Assembly: GCA_973895155.1 (NCBI GenBank)
Contig: OZ316893.1
Location: 18,073,836 to 18,137,835, forward strand
DNA from: Marsupella aquatica
Lineage: Eukaryota > Plantae > Marchantiophyta
Direction: 5' to 3'
DNA: 64,000 nucleotides
Positions 60,052 to 64,000 of the stretch are shown in pieces. Position numbers and translations under genes: made by a program. The first letter of the stretch is position 1; every line of letters begins with the position of its first letter. Below the pieces are notes generated by a model. That model had not been told where the DNA came from, searched no databases, and saw nothing but the letters and a program-made list of their open reading frames with translations.

Positions 60052-60870
60052 TTAGCCGTTTCATCCAATTGGTCTACATCCTTTACTTCCTCCGGAATTG
60101 CAGCTAAAAAGGTGGATTCTATTGTAAAGCAGTCCTCGACCTCTTCGTCTTCTTCTTCCAAGTCACCTTCCATTGGTTCTTGCCATAATCCGCTGGGGGG
60201 TACCTCTGGTCCAAAGACACCTTCTTCGGTTAGGTTAGTGAGGCATTCTAACCAACGTACTTCATCGGCTGACTCCAGTCCACTATCGTACCCATCTACT
60301 TCCCTTATGCTTTTCCTACGGTCATCCTTAGTGTCCCAGGATACCGTGATAGAGGGGGTCACGAAAGTGAACTGCTTTTTACCCCAATCTTCTATTACCT
60401 CGGCTAGGTACAGCCATGGCCTACCAATCAATAGCCGGAATGACGTAGGATTTACCGGCTTCATTACTACATAGTTAATGCTAAAGAAGATACCTCCTAT
60501 CTCTGTCTTGATGCCGGTTAACACTCCCGTCGGAATGACCTGATATCCATTGGCCATGTTCAACACTCTTCCAGTCATCTCCGGTGTTAGACCCCACCCT
60601 TTTGCTGTTGAATCAATCATAATACATACCCCTGATCCTCCATCGATGGGTACCCGTAGTAATAATTCTCCTTGAATCATTAATGGTAATGCTGGGGCTC
60701 CTTGATCTTCTTCTATCATTAGTACGTCGGATCTGGTTGCTACCTTGGGTAATCTCGGCTTGCCGAGAATAGCCTTCCTTAATTGCTTCCGGAAGTACGG
60801 ACTATTTTTCAATAGTTGACCTACTGTTGCCGAGACTCTAGATTCTAGTACATCTTTAGCCAGGTCATAG
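59958..60870 (-). CDS. Aspartic protease region of element C
   Basis: IDGGSGVCIM and LLIGRPWL; the frame extends upstream as YDLAKDVLESRVSATVGQLL, homologous to YDIVEDVRNHPAQITIGELL in element A. Confidence 0.9.
59968..60027 (-). promoter_or_regulatory. Candidate programmed -1 ribosomal frameshift signal (slippery heptamer + H-type pseudoknot)
   Basis: G_GAT_TTT (60027-60021) in protease-frame phase, 5-nt spacer, 10-bp perfect stem (60015-60006 / 59990-59981), loop GCCGA complementary to TCGGC (59972-59968); the RT frame is -1. Confidence 0.72.
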
Positions 60871-62950
60871 GAACAATTGGCTTCTCTTCTGGTGGTGTTT
60901 CCGTCTTGGATTCGGCCAGTTTTGCCACGCTAGTCTCCACAGCTGTTGGGTCTTCCGAAGCAAACAATGCTTTTGCTCGTTTTACATCCTTGGCAATGGC
61001 TTCGGTATTCTCCAGGGTTTCTAATTCTCTTAGTTGTTCCTTAACACTAGCCGTAACAGAGGGGTAGAACAACTTAGGATGATCTCGATTGAAGTCGCTA
61101 TCTTGTGAAGGATTGGTTTCACTGGTGGGCTCATGGCTTACCTGTATTGCCGGAGCCCTCCCTTCTCCTTCTGTTGATGTTGACGAAGAGTCGATCCTTT
61201 CCTCCGTAACCTTCCCTTTATTTTTGGCCAGCCCATCCCACCTTTCCTTCCTTCTGGTAGATCGAGTAGAGACCCGGTAGCAATCATGATCTAAATCCTC
61301 CTCTGAGAAGGTTGATAGGGCTTCGGCCTCATCATCAGATGGTACGAACTCTGCCTCGGCATCCTCTTGCCATCCTAGTTCGATGTGGTTGATTTGAACT
61401 CCTCCGGGGGTAGTACCTGGCGGTAAGATCTTGATCGGCAAAAGCTTATGATTTGCGGCCAGGCCTGCCAACCAAGTAGGACATTGCCCTAGCATATGAC
61501 CTTCCTGTCGGCATCCCATACATAGCTGAGCTGGTTGTCCATCACCCTGTTTGCGTGCATTCGGGCATTCTCTAGCAAAATGGCCAGGTTGACCACAATT
61601 ATAGCACGCCGCAAATCTTTGCACATTCGGCCTAGGAGGTACTGACGGGTTCTGAATAATCCGAGGATACATCTCTCCTGGATTGTTCCTTAATCCTGAC
61701 CACAGAGATGCAGGTCTGTTGGATAGGTCTCGTGCTCCAGTCTCACTGATGCCGAAAACACTATCAGCGGCATCTCCCAAAAAGTACTCTACTTCTCCCT
61801 GACATGGTCTGATCTCGGCCACATGCCGAACATGATTAGTATTAAACTTAGGACACGCATCTTTATGGTGTCCGGTTTTATAACATAAGGCACACCATAC
61901 AGAGCTATCCTCCTGTACTACCTTCTTCTTTGGTTTTACCTCTGCAATGATAGCCTTAAGTTGCTCGGTAAGGGCTACGATGTTATCTGGTGGCTTAGCC
62001 TCCATCTTGACTTTCGTCTTCCCTCTCCTTCTGCCCTTCCTTTTCCTAGTTTTTTCTTCTTCAGAACTAGAAGATGACTCACTCTTGCTACTCCCACTAT
62101 CCGAGCTTGACTTATCACTTCTAGACTTCTTGGAATGTTTCTTCTTCTTATCTTTTTTCTTATGGGGTGATCCCTCCTCTGATGAGGAACTCTCAGACTT
62201 AAGCTGTTTCTTCCGGCTTGTGATATCTGCATTAATGTATAATTGAATATCCTTAATTGCTTCGGCTAAAGTCTCCGGGTTCTCCTTCCTAATTGCAAAA
62301 CTCATCTTCTGTGGCAAAGCATTCACCAACCATTGAAGTTGCATACCTTCAGATGCATTGGTCTTTGTACGTCTTACCAGTTTCTGAAAGCGTTGCAAGA
62401 ACTTCCTGAAGGATTTGTTCTCCTTGAACCGAAGTTGTCCCAACTTCAGCACTGCTAGTTCTGAAGTTCCAATGGGTCGAAACTCCTTAACAAAGAGTGT
62501 TTTGAAGATATCCCAGATGGCTTGATCTTCCACATCTAATGCTCTGTACCAAGGCCTAGCCTCACCCTTGAACAGGCCGGGAAGAATCTGCATCTTGATG
62601 GCCGATTCTCCATTTGCTGCAGCGGTTCCCTCGAAATCATCCAACCATTTGTCCGGATCCTCATCTCCTCTCCCATGAAATGCCTTGTAATGTATGCGCG
62701 ACCGCTGGCTCAATCTGGTCCCTGGCCTCTCGTCTGGCCGTGCCTCTGGTTCCCCCATGTCGGTTGGAGACTCACTTCTCCTTACCGACTCTTCTTCTGG
62801 TATGTCTTCTTCGATGCCACTTCCAGTTTCGGAGCTACCAGCTCTTTCTGCCCCTCTCAGTCGCTGTGTATCATGCCACCCGGCGAGCTGCTGCAGTCGA
62901 GCTCTCTCCCGTTGAATCACTCTTTCTTCCCTCGGCGTAAGGTCAGTCAT
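60845..62950 (-). CDS. gag: Gag of element C
   Basis: FHGRGDEDPDKWL, EARPWY, WLVNALP and three CCHC knuckles (CALCYKTGHHKDAC, CYNCGQPGHFAREC, CMGCRQEGHMLGQC). Confidence 0.93.
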   Translation of the reverse strand: MTDLTPREERVIQRERARLQQLAGWHDTQRLRGAERAGSSETGSGIEEDIPEEESVRRSESPTDMGEPEARPDERPGTRLSQRSRIHYKAFHGRGDEDPDKWLDDFEGTAAANGESAIKMQILPGLFKGEARPWYRALDVEDQAIWDIFKTLFVKEFRPIGTSELAVLKLGQLRFKENKSFRKFLQRFQKLVRRTKTNASEGMQLQWLVNALPQKMSFAIRKENPETLAEAIKDIQLYINADITSRKKQLKSESSSSEEGSPHKKKDKKKKHSKKSRSDKSSSDSGSSKSESSSSSEEEKTRKRKGRRRGKTKVKMEAKPPDNIVALTEQLKAIIAEVKPKKKVVQEDSSVWCALCYKTGHHKDACPKFNTNHVRHVAEIRPCQGEVEYFLGDAADSVFGISETGARDLSNRPASLWSGLRNNPGEMYPRIIQNPSVPPRPNVQRFAACYNCGQPGHFARECPNARKQGDGQPAQLCMGCRQEGHMLGQCPTWLAGLAANHKLLPIKILPPGTTPGGVQINHIELGWQEDAEAEFVPSDDEAEALSTFSEEDLDHDCYRVSTRSTRRKERWDGLAKNKGKVTEERIDSSSTSTEGEGRAPAIQVSHEPTSETNPSQDSDFNRDHPKLFYPSVTASVKEQLRELETLENTEAIAKDVKRAKALFASEDPTAVETSVAKLAESKTETPPEEKPIVPMTWLKMY

Positions 62951-62996
62951 TACCTACGCTTCCGTTCTAACTTCATATCTCACGGCTTAAGAAATG

Positions 62997-63015
62997 CCCC
63001 CTCCATCTAGCGCCA
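62997..63015 (-). promoter_or_regulatory. Primer binding site of element C (tRNA not identified)
   Basis: TGGCGCTAGATGGAGGGGG follows the LTR end ..CCACA after a TTTT spacer. Confidence 0.8.
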
Positions 63016-63019
63016 AAAA

Positions 63020-64000
63020 TGTGGTGCGTCCCATGGCTCCCTAAACCCAAGAAACCCCCTAGCTCAAGCCGATTCCCGCAGGTTTCGTGCTTGGCGAGGC
63101 CGTTTCCGCGGCTTAGCGGCATGGGACGCTGCTAACCTTCTACTACTACTATTAACATTTTACACACATATACTGGACAGATCCTTCATCGGGTCATGAG
63201 ATACGTAGCCGGCCTAATATAGGCCTTCCCCTGTCTTCCCTTGTCTTCCTGTTAGGTATGTTTGGATTCCGCCGCCGGAATGATCCCCAATAGGCTTGGT
63301 TAAGCCGCTAAGACCTCTCTCAGCTCGACACATCCAACTCTCACTCCCCTGCTTACTTTCCTTCCTTCTGTTGATGTGGGCACTCTTCACACAAGTTAAT
63401 GCGACACACAAATAGCAAAATGACTCATTCTGACTGAGTCATACCATGCACTTGCCATACAAACAGTACATCTCATACACAAGTTCTGCGAACTAAGCCG
63501 TGAGGCCAACTCTATTCAGCTCTTAGGCATGAGGAAACATGAATATACACAAGGGTCACTGTATGACTAACCGAGAGCTTCTCGTACTACTTGATCCCAG
63601 CCCGGCTGGTGCAAACTAAAAACTTGCTAAAGAAGAGGCCCTGAGCTCCCCGCTGCCCAGGTACTTATCCTGGTAGTGGATCCGCCATTCTTTGCATCGT
63701 AAGCCTAATCTACCTGACAGTAATCTACTTGCCCGAATCTACCTATGTACAGCAAGGCAGGAGCACAAGTGTTGCTCCTACCAGTGGGACCGCAATCCCA
63801 CTAAGCTAAGTGTCAGGGCCGCTCCTGGTTCTGATCCTAATCCTAAACGTGGAGATCCGCGCCCGCCCTGCCCACTCACGCCTCCTCCCTCCACGTCCGC
63901 CCTCCCTAAAAGGAACGGCGCCCTTGCACCGTCACGACACCGGTGGTGGATCCTCAATGGACGCCCCCAACACTTCCTCCTCAGCCACTGCCGTTGGCCC
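63020..64000 (-). repeat. 5' LTR of element C (partial)
   Basis: Matches 52122-53102 with only about five substitutions visible by eye, all transitions. Confidence 0.95.

Larger units (their letters stand above)
52122..64000 (-). mobile_element. Ty3/Gypsy LTR retrotransposon 'C' (no chromodomain seen); 5' LTR runs off the window
   Basis: LTR - PBS - gag - PR - RT - RH - IN - PPT - LTR; the overlapping parts of the two LTRs are nearly identical. The TSD should be CTTTT (52117-52121). Confidence 0.96.

Noticed and set aside
60845-60880. Frame change between gag and protease of element C as a programmed frameshift
   Set aside because: No slippery heptamer or stimulator seen; element A has the homologous segment in a single frame, so a 1-nt deletion is more likely.

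Overview
Eukaryotic, plant-type transposon-dense DNA with no intact host gene identified; a bryophyte origin is suspected but not provable here. It contains two related Ty3/Gypsy elements (A: 1-4379, minus; C: 52122 to beyond 64000, minus, with 4.7-kb LTRs), a third gag fragment, a near full-length L1 LINE plus three L1 3' remnants, five TG..CA insertions flanked by target-site duplications (probable solo LTRs) and a degenerate CACTA/En-Spm transposase. Main observations: (1) Two different ~4-4.7 kb LTR families each carry a long, mutually homologous plant-mobile-domain-like plus coiled-coil ORF inside the LTR, so solo LTRs retain the whole gene. (2) Both Gypsy elements show a recoding signal at the protease/RT junction: a G_GAU_UUU slippery site with a predicted pseudoknot (-1 frameshift) in C, and UGA-CAA-UUA with an extended stem-loop (readthrough) in A. 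(3) Element C has an exact internal copy of its PPT near its predicted midpoint. (4) The CACTA transposase is preceded on the same strand by remnants of an N4C/N6A DNA-methyltransferase-like domain, an FCP1-type phosphatase and a SET domain. All domain names come from by-eye motif recognition, not database searches.
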